A DNA stretch of 64,000 nt from Candidatus Velesiimonas alkalicola (GTDB lineage Bacteria; Omnitrophota; Gorgyraeia; Velesiimonadales; Velesiimonadaceae): NCBI GenBank assembly GCA_013626165.1, contig NDHX01000001.1, forward strand, positions 100,817-164,816. The letters are read 5' to 3'. The notes beneath the pieces are model-generated. The model was not told the origin of the DNA. It did no database searches and saw nothing but the letters and a program-made list of their open reading frames with translations. Below, one piece after another: positions 19,650 through 29,000 of this stretch. Within the stretch, counting starts at the first letter, position 1. Each line of letters starts with the position of its first letter. The translations under genes and the position numbers were made by a program.

Positions 19650-20048
19650 ATGGAAAAACAGACAATACAATGGCATCTTATGGATGCAAAAGGAAAGGTT
19701 CTCGGAAGGTTGGCGATACAGATTGCAAAAATTTTACAGGGAAAACACAGAGTAGAGTATCAAAGACATCTTGCCGGAAATCATGATGGGGTTGTTGTAA
19801 TAAATGTAGAGTCTATTACAGTTACCGGGAATAAGGATAAACAAAAAGTATATACTAAATATTCGGGATATCCGGGTGGATTGAAAAAGGTTTCATTTAT
19901 GGAGATGAAGAAAAAAGCGCCCTGTGAAATTATTCGTCATGCAGTTAAAGGTATGCTTCCCAAAAATAAGTTGCAGGCAAGAATGCTCAGGCACTTAAAA
20001 ATATTTGAAAAAGAAGCACCGTTGTCAGTTTTAAGTATGTGTAAATAA
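19650..20048 (+). CDS. rplM: 50S ribosomal protein L13
   Basis: W.L.DAKGKVLGRLA...VV.INVESITVTGNK...KGMLPKNKL. Confidence 0.9.
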   Translation: MEKQTIQWHLMDAKGKVLGRLAIQIAKILQGKHRVEYQRHLAGNHDGVVVINVESITVTGNKDKQKVYTKYSGYPGGLKKVSFMEMKKKAPCEIIRHAVKGMLPKNKLQARMLRHLKIFEKEAPLSVLSMCK

Positions 20049-20064
20049 TTAAAAAGGACTTAAA

Positions 20065-20454
20065 ATGGAAATCTCTGTATTTACAGTAGGAAGAAGAAAA
20101 GAAAGTGTTGCAAGACTTCAACTTCAGGATGGAACCGGGAAAATACTTATAAATGGAAAAACACTTGATAAATATTTTGTAAGGGACACATTAAAAGTAC
20201 TGGTAAAACAGCCGTTAGATGCTACAAAAATGCTGGATAAATTTGATATTGATGTTGATGTTTCAGGTGGCGGAATATCATCGCAGGCAGAAGCTATAAG
20301 ACACGCACTGGCAAGGGCACTGGTAAAAGTAGATGAAACAATAAAACCAATCCTCCGTAAGAGCGGTTTTTTAACAAGAGATCCAAGAATGCGTGAAAGA
20401 AAAAAATATGGACAGGAAGGCGCGCGAAAAAGATTTCAGTGGACAAAACGTTAA
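20065..20454 (+). CDS. rpsI: 30S ribosomal protein S9
   Basis: GRRKESVARL...GGGISSQAEAIRHALARAL...KRFQWTKR. Confidence 0.92.
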   Translation: MEISVFTVGRRKESVARLQLQDGTGKILINGKTLDKYFVRDTLKVLVKQPLDATKMLDKFDIDVDVSGGGISSQAEAIRHALARALVKVDETIKPILRKSGFLTRDPRMRERKKYGQEGARKRFQWTKR

Positions 20455-20646
20455 ATATGAATCCAGGGTCTTTTTTTATTACTGCTGTTTTATTCATAAT
20501 ACATACCTTGGTATTGGGTGTTCTTTCAGAAAAATATCTTGCAGGTAGAGTATATCCCGATATGAAAATCCCCGTTCAGGACTTGTTCTTGATGGTGTAG
20601 AACAAAAACAGCTTACCAGATTAAAATTACATTTAGGAGTATACTG

Positions 20647-20852
20647 AAATTCCGACATAAGGATGAAAAACTAACTCTTCCCCTTTTCTTAAAAGGGGTG
20701 GCAGACCGAAGGTCTGACGGGGTATTTAACCCCTTTCTTTAAAAGGAATACCTACAAAGCCATGGAGATATTGAATACCCCGTCTGCTACCGCAGACACC
20801 CCTTTACAAAAGGGGAATTAAATACTTGCTTAACCCTTATGTCGGAATTTCG
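20647..20852. repeat. 206-bp element closed by a perfect 17-bp inverted repeat (GAAATTCCGACATAAGG) and holding at least 6 internal GC-clamped hairpins
   Basis: Hairpins CCCCTTTTCTTAAAAGGGG, CAGACCgaaGGTCTG, GGGGTatttaACCCC, GTCTGCtaccGCAGAC and CCCCTTTacaAAAGGGG, between rpsI and tRNA-Thr. Confidence 0.55.
20719..20740 (+). terminator. rho-independent terminator-like hairpin (GGGGT-attta-ACCCC + TTTCTTT)
   Basis: Read directly. Lies downstream of rpsI, inside the palindromic element. Confidence 0.45.
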
Positions 20853-20991
20853 GTTAAGAATATATAGAATTATAACATATATTGTTTTGGTGGACCCTGT
20901 TGAACCTGCCTGCCTTAAGAGAGGGAATTTTCTCTAAACGGTATAAAGCAAAAAATTAAGACTAATTTTTGCCGATAAAAGCAGAACAGGT

Positions 20992-21064
20992 GCTGCTGTA
21001 GCTCAGTCGGCAGAGCACGTCCTTGGTAAGGACGGGGTCATGGGTTCAATTCCCATCAGCAGCT
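20992..21064 (+). tRNA. tRNA-Thr (anticodon GGT)
   Basis: Cloverleaf folds by hand: acceptor GCTGCTG/CAGCAGC, D arm GCTC..GAGC, anticodon stem CGTCC/GGACG with loop TTGGTAA, T arm ATGGG-TTCAATT-CCCAT. CCA is not encoded. Confidence 0.9.
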
Positions 21065-21148
21065 TTAAAAAAATATAAAAGAAAAAATACTTAAAGGCAA
21101 AAAGTAAAGTGACTGGTGCCTGATGCACTGGCAAACAGGAGGTAAAAA

Positions 21149-22351
21149 ATGGCAAAAGAAAAATTTCTCAGGACAAAACCGCATGTAAATGTAGGGACCA
21201 TAGGACATGTTGACCATGGAAAAACAACACTGACAAGTGCAATAACAAAAGTATTATCTAGCAAGGGATTGGCTCAGGCAAAGACATTTGAAGAAATAGA
21301 TAATGCGCCTGAGGAAAGAGAAAGAGGAGTAACAATAAATGTACACCATGCGGAATATCAAACACAGAACAGGCACTATGCACATGTGGACTGTCCAGGT
21401 CACGCAGACTATATAAAGAATATGGTTACAGGAGCGGCACAGATGGACGGAGCAGTATTAGTGGTAAGTGCAGTAGATGGTCCTATGCCGCAGACAAGAG
21501 AACACATACTTTTGGCAAGACAGGTGGGAGTTCCTGCAATGGTGGTGTTCTTAAACAAAACAGATGCAGTAGAAGATAAAGAATTAGTAGATTTAGTTGA
21601 AATGGAAGTGCGAGATTTATTAAGCAAATATGAGTTTCCTGGGGATAAGATACCGGTGGTAAGAGGAAGTGCATTAAATGCAATGAACTGTGGATGTAGC
21701 AAAGATGATTGTCCAAACTGCAAGTCCATACTGGAATTGATGTCAGCAGTAGATAGCCATATACCTGAGCCTGTAAGAATAACGGACAGGGCATTTTTAA
21801 TGTCCGTAGAAGATGTATTTAGCATAAGCGGCAGAGGAACAGTAGGAACAGGAAGAGTAGAAAGAGGAATAGTCAAAGTAGGAGAAGAAGTAGAAATAGT
21901 AGGGATACAGACAGAGAGCAGAAGGACAGTAGTAACAGGGGTAGAGATGTTCAGGAAGTTGTTAGACGAAGGAAGAGCAGGAGACAACATAGGGGTATTG
22001 TTAAGAGGGATAGAAAAAAAAGACTTAGAAAAAGGGATGGTCATATCGGCACCAAATACAATAACGCCACACACACAATTCAAGGCACAGGTATATGTAT
22101 TAACAAAAGAAGAAGGTGGAAGACACACACAATTTTTCAGCGGCTACAGGCCTCAGTTTTTCTTCAGGACAACAGATGTAACAGGAGTAATAACATTACC
22201 GCAAGGAACAGAAATGATAATGCCTGGCGACAATGTATCTGCAACAGTAGATCTGATAGTACCTGTGGCAATGGAAAAAGAGCAAAGATTTGCAATCCGC
22301 GAAGGAGGAAAGACAATAGGAGCAGGCGTGGTAACAGAGATAATAAAATAA
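21149..22351 (+). CDS. tuf: elongation factor Tu (copy 1, tufB-like position after tRNA-Thr)
   Basis: [23 protein letters not shown]. 400 aa. It differs from copy 2 by one residue. Confidence 0.95.
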   Translation: MAKEKFLRTKPHVNVGTIGHVDHGKTTLTSAITKVLSSKGLAQAKTFEEIDNAPEERERGVTINVHHAEYQTQNRHYAHVDCPGHADYIKNMVTGAAQMDGAVLVVSAVDGPMPQTREHILLARQVGVPAMVVFLNKTDAVEDKELVDLVEMEVRDLLSKYEFPGDKIPVVRGSALNAMNCGCSKDDCPNCKSILELMSAVDSHIPEPVRITDRAFLMSVEDVFSISGRGTVGTGRVERGIVKVGEEVEIVGIQTESRRTVVTGVEMFRKLLDEGRAGDNIGVLLRGIEKKDLEKGMVISAPNTITPHTQFKAQVYVLTKEEGGRHTQFFSGYRPQFFFRTTDVTGVITLPQGTEMIMPGDNVSATVDLIVPVAMEKEQRFAIREGGKTIGAGVVTEIIK

Positions 22352-22401
22352 CAGGAGATAGTAGGTGGGAGGTAGTAGGTAGGAAAGAAATAGGGGAAAG
22401 A

Positions 22402-22551
22402 ATGCAGGAGCAGATTATATTGGCTTGTGAAGTTTGTAAAAACAGAAATTATATATCTACCAAGAATAAAAAAAATATTCCGGATAGATTACAACATAAA
22501 AAATATTGTAGGATTTGTCGTAAACATACTGTTCATAAAGAAACCAAGTAG
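22402..22551 (+). CDS. rpmG: 50S ribosomal protein L33
   Basis: 49 aa, [41 protein letters not shown] (4 Cys). Below the 60-aa ORF-track cutoff, so found by hand. Confidence 0.85.
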   Translation: MQEQIILACEVCKNRNYISTKNKKNIPDRLQHKKYCRICRKHTVHKETK

Positions 22552-22598
22552 GGTAGGACCGTCTTGCCCTGTATTTGCAAGACAGGCGCAGTGTTTAA

Positions 22599-22672
22599 AG
22601 GAGCGTCGGTTAATGGTAAACCACCGGTCTCCAAAACCGGAACTGCAGGTTCGATTCCTGTCGCTCCTGCCA
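22599..22672 (+). tRNA. tRNA-Trp (anticodon CCA)
   Basis: Acceptor AGGAGCG/CGCTCCT, anticodon stem CCGGT/ACCGG with loop CTCCAAA, T loop TTCGATT. 3' CCA is encoded. Confidence 0.88.
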
Positions 22673-22765
22673 TTCTGTAAAGTAAAAAACAAAGGGCAAT
22701 GAGAGTAAGTGACAATAGATTTTTTTATTTGTCACTTATTTATAATGTGTGGCAAGAGGATTGTA

Positions 22766-22948
22766 ATGAAAAAAATAGTCAATTTTATAGCAGAGGTAAA
22801 GGGCGAATTAAAAAAGGTTGGATGGTCAAATAAAAAAGAGTTGACATATTCAACAGGTGTTGTTACAATAATCTCTTTCTTTCTTGCTTTGATCATTGCA
22901 ATTGCAGATTGGTTTTTATCACATATAATAAGAATTATTATTCGTTGA
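22766..22948 (+). CDS. secE: preprotein translocase subunit SecE
   Basis: ATG after AGAGGA. FIAEVKGELKKVGW..KEL... followed by a single TM helix. Confidence 0.85.
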   Translation: MKKIVNFIAEVKGELKKVGWSNKKELTYSTGVVTIISFFLALIIAIADWFLSHIIRIIIR

Positions 22949-22957
22949 GGTAATTAA

Positions 22958-23530
22958 ATGACACAAAAATGGTATATAGTTCATACTCAGGCTAATACAG
23001 AAGAAAAGATTGAGAGGGAAATTAAAAGAGGCATAGAAGATGGAACCTTATCCGATTGTGTTTTTGATGTTATAGTTCCAAAAGAAAAGGTTCAAGAGGT
23101 AAAATCAGGAAAGAAGATAATAAAAGATCAAAAAATCTTTTTAGGTTATGTGCTTATTAAGATGGTTGACCTGTCTTTGCTTAAAAGTGAAGATGCGAGT
23201 TTGCGGAATATTGCACAAAGAGCGTTTCTGGCTGTAAGAAAGACATCAGGGGTCTCAAGTTTTATAAGTTCAGGTAAGAAGCCGGTTGCGATATCAGAAG
23301 AAGAGGTTGAAAAAATATTAAAAAAGACAGCAGAAACCAAAGAAAAGCCTACAATTAAACAGACCTTTTCGCAGGGTGAATCGGCAAGAATTAAGGAAGG
23401 TCCTTTTGAAAATTTTATGGGTACAATTGAGGAAGTCTATCCTGGTAAGGGAAGGTTGAAGGTTATGGTTGTAATATTTGGAAGGACAACCCCAGTTGAA
23501 CTGGAATATGGACAAGTGGAGAAAATATAA
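22958..23530 (+). CDS. nusG: transcription termination/antitermination factor NusG
   Basis: [14 protein letters not shown]-terminal domain. KOW C-terminus [20 protein letters not shown]. Confidence 0.9.
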   Translation: MTQKWYIVHTQANTEEKIEREIKRGIEDGTLSDCVFDVIVPKEKVQEVKSGKKIIKDQKIFLGYVLIKMVDLSLLKSEDASLRNIAQRAFLAVRKTSGVSSFISSGKKPVAISEEEVEKILKKTAETKEKPTIKQTFSQGESARIKEGPFENFMGTIEEVYPGKGRLKVMVVIFGRTTPVELEYGQVEKI

Positions 23531-23958
23531 TGGCAAAGAAAAAAATTACAGCACAGATCAAACTGCAGATACCAGCAGATGGAGCAAATCCAGCCCCACC
23601 TGTTGGTCCTGCACTTGGGCAGCATGGTGTAAATATTATGGAGTTTTGTAAAAGTTTTAATGCTGCCACAAAGGATAAGGGAGGAATGATTATTCCTGTT
23701 GTAATCTCAGTTTACGAAGATAAAAGTTTTACATTTATAATGAAAAGTCCCCCTTGTAGCGCTCTTTTAAAACAAGCCTGTGGACTTGCAAAGGGGTCCG
23801 GTCAACCCAACAAACAAAAGGTTGGCAAGATTACAAAATCACAGGTTAGAGAAATTGTAAAAATAAAAGCCAAAGATTTAAACGTATCTGATGAAGAGCA
23901 AACAATCCGTATTGTCGAAGGAACTGCAAGAAGTATGGGGATTGAGGTATCTGATTAA
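23530..23958 (+). CDS. rplK: 50S ribosomal protein L11
   Basis: [31 protein letters not shown]. Confidence 0.95.
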   Translation: MAKKKITAQIKLQIPADGANPAPPVGPALGQHGVNIMEFCKSFNAATKDKGGMIIPVVISVYEDKSFTFIMKSPPCSALLKQACGLAKGSGQPNKQKVGKITKSQVREIVKIKAKDLNVSDEEQTIRIVEGTARSMGIEVSD

Positions 23959-23961
23959 AGA

Positions 23962-24157
23962 AGGTGACTGGCATAAGAGGCAGGAGGTAGTAGGTAGTAG
24001 ATAGTAGGTAGGAGGTAGTAGGTAGTAGATAGTAGGTAGTAGGTAGGAGGTAGGATAAAAAATGGGGACTGGCGACTGGAACCCCGGGCACCAGGGTATC
24101 CTTCAGAACGGGGTTTGTATCTTCGGATACTTTCCGGGTGTGGCACTTCGGAGAACG
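23962..24157 (+). repeat. composite mosaic repeat: GGTGACTGG connector + (G[T/G]AG[G/A]TA)n heptamer array + GACTGG..GGCACCAG + module A (49-nt conserved hairpin block)
   Basis: Heptamers at 23983-24054. Module A cggggtttgtatcttcggatactttccgggtgtggcacttcggagaacg at 24109-24157 is identical to 46902-46950. Confidence 0.75.
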
Positions 24158-24188
24158 ACTAACAGTGAATGTTAACATAAAAACAGTG

Positions 24189-24887
24189 ATGAAAAAACAT
24201 AGTAAAAGATACGAAAAGATACTTTCTCAACTTCCGAAAGAAGAAAAAATTTGGAAGATAGCAGATGCGGTAAAGGTTTTAAAGGAATTACCACCTGTAA
24301 AATTTAATGAGACAGTGGCTCTTTCATTTAAGACGGACATAAATCCAAAACAGTCTGACCAGAATATAAGAGGAACGGTTGTTCTACCTAATGGCTTGGG
24401 CAGGAAGGTCAGGGTTGCGGTGTTTTGTAAGGGAGAGCATGAGAAGGCAGCAAAAGATGCAGGGGCAGATGTTGTAGGTGCAACAGACCTTGTAGAAAAG
24501 GTTGCTGGCGGATTTCTTGACTTTGATGTTGCAATTGCCACACCTGAAATGATGCGCGAAATGGGAAGGCTCGGTAAAGTGCTTGGTCCAAAAGGATTGA
24601 TGCCAAACCCAAAGGTAGGAACTGTTACAACAGATGTTGGAAAAGTGGTAAAAGAAGCAAAGGCCGGACGCGTTGAGTATCGTATGGATAAACAGGGCAA
24701 TATCCATGTGGCAGTGGGTAAGATTTCGTTTGAACCGAGTGCAATAGTTGAAAATGCTTCAACTGTTATAGAGTCGGTTTTTAAGGCAAGACCTGCTGCA
24801 TTAAAAGGACAATATATTAAAAGTATTCATATAGCAAAAACAATGGGCCCTGGTTTAAGGTTAGACATAAGTCAGTTCAAATTGTAA
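24189..24887 (+). CDS. rplA: 50S ribosomal protein L1
   Basis: MKKHSKRYEKI..., SDQNIRGTVVLPNGLGR. The upstream part of the listed ORF is read from repeat DNA. Confidence 0.9.
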   Translation: MKKHSKRYEKILSQLPKEEKIWKIADAVKVLKELPPVKFNETVALSFKTDINPKQSDQNIRGTVVLPNGLGRKVRVAVFCKGEHEKAAKDAGADVVGATDLVEKVAGGFLDFDVAIATPEMMREMGRLGKVLGPKGLMPNPKVGTVTTDVGKVVKEAKAGRVEYRMDKQGNIHVAVGKISFEPSAIVENASTVIESVFKARPAALKGQYIKSIHIAKTMGPGLRLDISQFKL

Positions 24888-24925
24888 GAGTCTGTGAGCA
24901 CAACCCCAATAGAACAGGTTCACTG

Positions 24926-25026
24926 GTGACAGGTAAAAGCCGTATATCGTATTCTGTATATCGTGAAAGAAACAGAGCACAGAATACGGACGACGGGTGA
25001 TGGAATACGGTATACGAAATACAAGT
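24926..25026 (+). promoter_or_regulatory. rplJ leader carrying a 10-bp inverted repeat (CGTATTCTGT / ACAGAATACG) and a GGAATACGGTATACGAAATACA motif
   Basis: Lies where L10(L12)4 autoregulatory leaders are usually found. The motif is shared with the rpsK upstream region. Confidence 0.35.
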
Positions 25027-25038
25027 ATGAGAAGTGGT

Positions 25039-25563
25039 ATGATAAGGTTTGATAAATCTTCTATGTTAGATGAGGTAAAGAGTTCTATTAAGGATGGGCA
25101 GGCTATATTTATTTTTAGGTATAAAGGGCTTCGCACATCAGAGCTTGAAGAATTAAGAAAAACTGTAAGGTTAAGTGGGAAAGTATTTGTATGCAAAAAT
25201 TCTATCCTTAAGGTTGCATTGAAAGATATAAGCCTTGAAAAAGCCGTTCAATTTGTAGAAGGTCCATCAGCAATTGCAGTTTCAACAACAGACCCTTGTG
25301 TTTTATCAAAAGATATTATTAAGTTTGCTTCAAATCATCCTGCGTGTGTTGTTTTGGGTGGAGTGCTTGGGAAGGAAGTACTTACGGCATCTGTTGTCAA
25401 GCAATTGGCAGGCCTGCCATCAAGACAAGAGATTCTTGGACAAGTGGCATGGACAGCGCAGTCTGCTGTTTATCACTTTATCTGGACTTTAAATGGAATA
25501 ATTTGTAAGTTTCTTTATGTAGTAGAACAAATTAAAAACATACCAGACCGTAAGGCAGAATAA
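25039..25563 (+). CDS. rplJ: 50S ribosomal protein L10
   Basis: [33 protein letters not shown] at 25039 is preceded by a purine-rich SD; 25027 is an alternative. Confidence 0.85.
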   Translation: MIRFDKSSMLDEVKSSIKDGQAIFIFRYKGLRTSELEELRKTVRLSGKVFVCKNSILKVALKDISLEKAVQFVEGPSAIAVSTTDPCVLSKDIIKFASNHPACVVLGGVLGKEVLTASVVKQLAGLPSRQEILGQVAWTAQSAVYHFIWTLNGIICKFLYVVEQIKNIPDRKAE

Positions 25564-25580
25564 TAAAAGAAGGAGATGAT

Positions 25581-25991
25581 ATGTCAGAAATAAAGGTAGA
25601 AACACAGTCTGCATCTACAAAGGTAAATGAAATAGTAGAGGCAGTAGGTCAATTAAGTGTCCTTGAACTTTCATCGCTTGTGAAGGCTATGGAAGAAAAA
25701 TTTGGTGTCAGTGCCACTATGCCGGCTATAACATCTGCGGCAGGGCCATCTGCTGAGGCAAGGCCTTCTGCTGAGGAAAAAACAGCATTTGATGTTGTTC
25801 TTACGGATGCGGGCTCTCAAAAGATAGCGGTTATAAAAGAGGTAAGGGCTATCACAAGTCTTGGTTTGAAGGAGGCAAAAGACCTTGTTGAGGGAGCGCC
25901 TAAACCGGTAAAAACAGGCGTTTCAAAAGAAGAAGCAGAGAAGATAAAGAAACAGATTGAGGCAACAGGTGCAAAGGTAGAATTAAAATAA
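25581..25991 (+). CDS. rplL: 50S ribosomal protein L7/L12
   Basis: [19 protein letters not shown]... and C-terminal [23 protein letters not shown]... Confidence 0.93.
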   Translation: MSEIKVETQSASTKVNEIVEAVGQLSVLELSSLVKAMEEKFGVSATMPAITSAAGPSAEARPSAEEKTAFDVVLTDAGSQKIAVIKEVRAITSLGLKEAKDLVEGAPKPVKTGVSKEEAEKIKKQIEATGAKVELK

Positions 25992-26010
25992 AAGATTGAA
26001 AGGATATAAA

Positions 26011-29000
26011 ATGCAGGAATTAAAAAGTTTTGCAAAAATACCAGAGATTATGGATTTGCCTCACTTCTTAGATATACAGACCCAGCCTTATGAGGAATTT
26101 CTTCAAGGCTTTGTTCCCAAAAACAAGAGAAAGTCAGTGGGACTGCAAGAGGTTTTTGAAGAGTTTTTTCCTATGGAACTTCCGGACAAGGGGGTCAGGC
26201 TTGAGTTTTTAAGATATTCTCTTGAAAAACCGAGCCATACAATAGAGCAATGTTTGGCCGGAGGTTTTACATATGCAAGTCCTTTGAGGGCCCGTCTGAG
26301 GTTAAGAACAGGCAAAAGAGAAGTTGTAGAAGAGGATGTATATATATGCGACATTCCCTTGATGATGCCTACGGGTTCATTTATTATAAATGGTGATGAG
26401 AGAGTGGTGGTAAGCCAGCTTCACCGTTCTTCAGGTGTTTGTTTTGAAGAGTCGCCCCATCCGTCAGGGAAGATGTTGTATATTGCCCGTATTATACCGG
26501 ACAAAGGTTCCTGGATGGAGTTTGAGTTTGATATAAACGATTTGATGTATGTTCACCTTGATAGAAGAAAAAAATTTTATGTAACAACCCTGTTAAGAGC
26601 ACTTGGTTTTGAAACAGATGCCGATATTCTTAAAGAATTTTATCCGATTGAAGTGTTACACCTGAAAGACACAGTTATATCAAGTCTTGTCGGAAGAGTG
26701 TGTGCGAAAGATATTATTCATAAAAAAACGCAAGAAAAGATTGTTTCAACAGGTGAGTCTATCACAGTTGAGATGGTTTCACAATTAGAAGATGCAGGTC
26801 CTGTGTTTTCAGTATTTGACCTTTCATCTAAAAGACAGCTCTATAGCACTTTGGCAAGTGATCATCTTCATACCAAAGAAGATGCTCTTGTTGAGATATA
26901 CCATAAGATGCGTCCTATGGAGCCATCCACAGTTGATGGAGCAAGTGATATGTTAAAAAATAATTTTTTCAACAAGAAAAGATACCATCTTGGGAAGGTT
27001 GGCAGATTTATACTGAACAGAAAACTTAATATGAATGTTCCTTTTGATAATACAGCGCTTGATAAGGAAACAATAATCAATGTTATTAAATATCTTTTAA
27101 GTCTCAGAAACGGAGAGGGAAAAGTTGATGACATTGATCATCTCGGCAACAGAAGAGTAAAAACTGTTTGTGAGCTTGTTCAAAATCAGTTCAGGATTGG
27201 TTGCGCCAGACTTGAAAGAAATGTAAAAGATCGTATGGCGGCATATAGTAATGAAATGCTTCTTCCACACAATCTTGTTAATTCAAAAATAGTGTCTTCG
27301 GTAATAAAAGACTTTTTTGCAAGGAGTCAATTATGTCAGTTTATGGATCAGATAAATCTGCTCGCAGAACTAACACATAAAAGACGGTTAAGCGCGCTTG
27401 GCCCTGGTGGGCTTTCCAGAGAAAGGGCTGGTTTTCAGGTGCGTGATGTTCACCATTCGCACTATGGAAGGATATGTCCTATTGAAACACCGGAGGGTTC
27501 TAATGTCGGACTTATAGCATCGTTGGCAACATATGCGAGGATAAATGAGTTTGGTTTTATTCAGACCCCTTACAGGAAGGTGGTAGATGGGAAAGTAACC
27601 GGAAAGATAGAATATCTTTCAGCAGATATAGAGGACCAATATGTAATAGCTCAGGCAAACTCAAAAATAGATGAAGGCGGAAAATTTCTTGACGAAAGGG
27701 TTCTTTGTAGGGACAAGGGAAATTTTTCGCTTGTAGATCCAGAAGATATATCCTATATGGATGTTTCTCCGAAACAGATTGTAAGCGTTGCGGCAAGTCT
27801 TACTCCGTTTTTTGAACACAATGATGCGAACAGAGCGCTGATGGGTTCCAATATGCAAAGGCAGGCTGTTCCTCTTTTGCTTCCCGAAAGAGCGCTTCTT
27901 TCAACAGGTATTGAAGGCAGGATTGCAAAAGATGGTGGTGCTGTTGTAATTGCAAAAAAATCAGGTAAAGCAACAAGGGTTGAATCCGACAGGATAGTTA
28001 TTGACAATGAACAGTACACTTTAAAAAAGTTTATCCGTTCAAATTCTTCTACCTGTATTAATCAAAGACCTCTGGTTAAGGTAGGTGATAATGTCAAGGC
28101 AGGGGATATTATTGCAGATGGACCTGCTACAGACAATGGCGAACTTGCACTTGGCAGGAATATACTTGTTGCATTTATGCCCTGGTACGGTTATAACTTT
28201 GAGGATGCAATCGTAATAAGCAGAAAACTTGTCTCTGATGATTTATTGACCTCTATTCATATTGAAGAGTTTGAGGTTGAGGCGAGAGAAACCAGACTTG
28301 GTAACGAAGAAATAACAAGAGATATTCCAAATGTAGCAGAGGAAGCATTAAAAAATCTTGATGAAGAGGGAATTGTCCACATAGGTGCCGAGGTATCGGC
28401 TGGCGATGTTATTGTTGGAAAAATTACACCAAAAGGTGAAACAGAACTAACACCTGAAGAAAAACTGTTAAGGGCGATATTTGGGGAAAAGGCAAAAGAT
28501 GTAAAAGACTCATCACTTATTGTTCCACCCGGTGTTGAGGGGACAGTCGTAGATATAAAGGTGTTCTCAAGAAAGGATATATTAAAAGGTAAAAAGAAAA
28601 AGACATTAAAGATTGAGGAGATGCAGGCAATAGAATCTATCAGAAAGCACTATGAGACACAGATACAGCATCTTGTACTTGAAAAAAATAAAAAAGTTGC
28701 CTCCGTACTTTTGGGTAAAAAATTAACACAGAGCATAATAGATGAAGAAACAGGACAGATACTTATATCGTCGGGTAATTCCATTACAAAATCAGATTTG
28801 AAAAAAATTGAGACCGAATCCTGCGATGCATCAGATATACATATAAATAATGAAAAGGATTCTGCGGAACTTTATAAAATGGTGAAAATATTTGATGACC
28901 AGATATTAAGTTTAAGTTCGGAACAAAAAAGACAGACAGATAGAATAAAAAGGGGTGATGAACTCCCGACGGGTGTATTAAAAAGGGTTATCATATATAT

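Noticed and set aside
20647-20852. Calling the palindromic element 6S RNA, RNase P RNA, tmRNA or SRP RNA
   Set aside because: It is too short for RNase P or tmRNA. I could find none of the conserved motifs I remember for these RNAs, and the multi-hairpin layout differs from the single irregular 6S hairpin. It is left as an unclassified element.
21409-22128. 239-aa minus-strand ORF inside tuf (and its twin at 37520-38239; also 21483-21794 / 37594-37905)
   Set aside because: Antisense to a highly conserved gene. It is low-complexity S/T/P/L-rich and duplicated only because tuf is duplicated. A codon-bias artefact.
23983-24054. CRISPR array interpretation of the short tandem repeats
   Set aside because: Units are 7-8 nt and directly abutting, with no spacers and no repeat-spacer periodicity of 25-50 nt. 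There are no cas genes.
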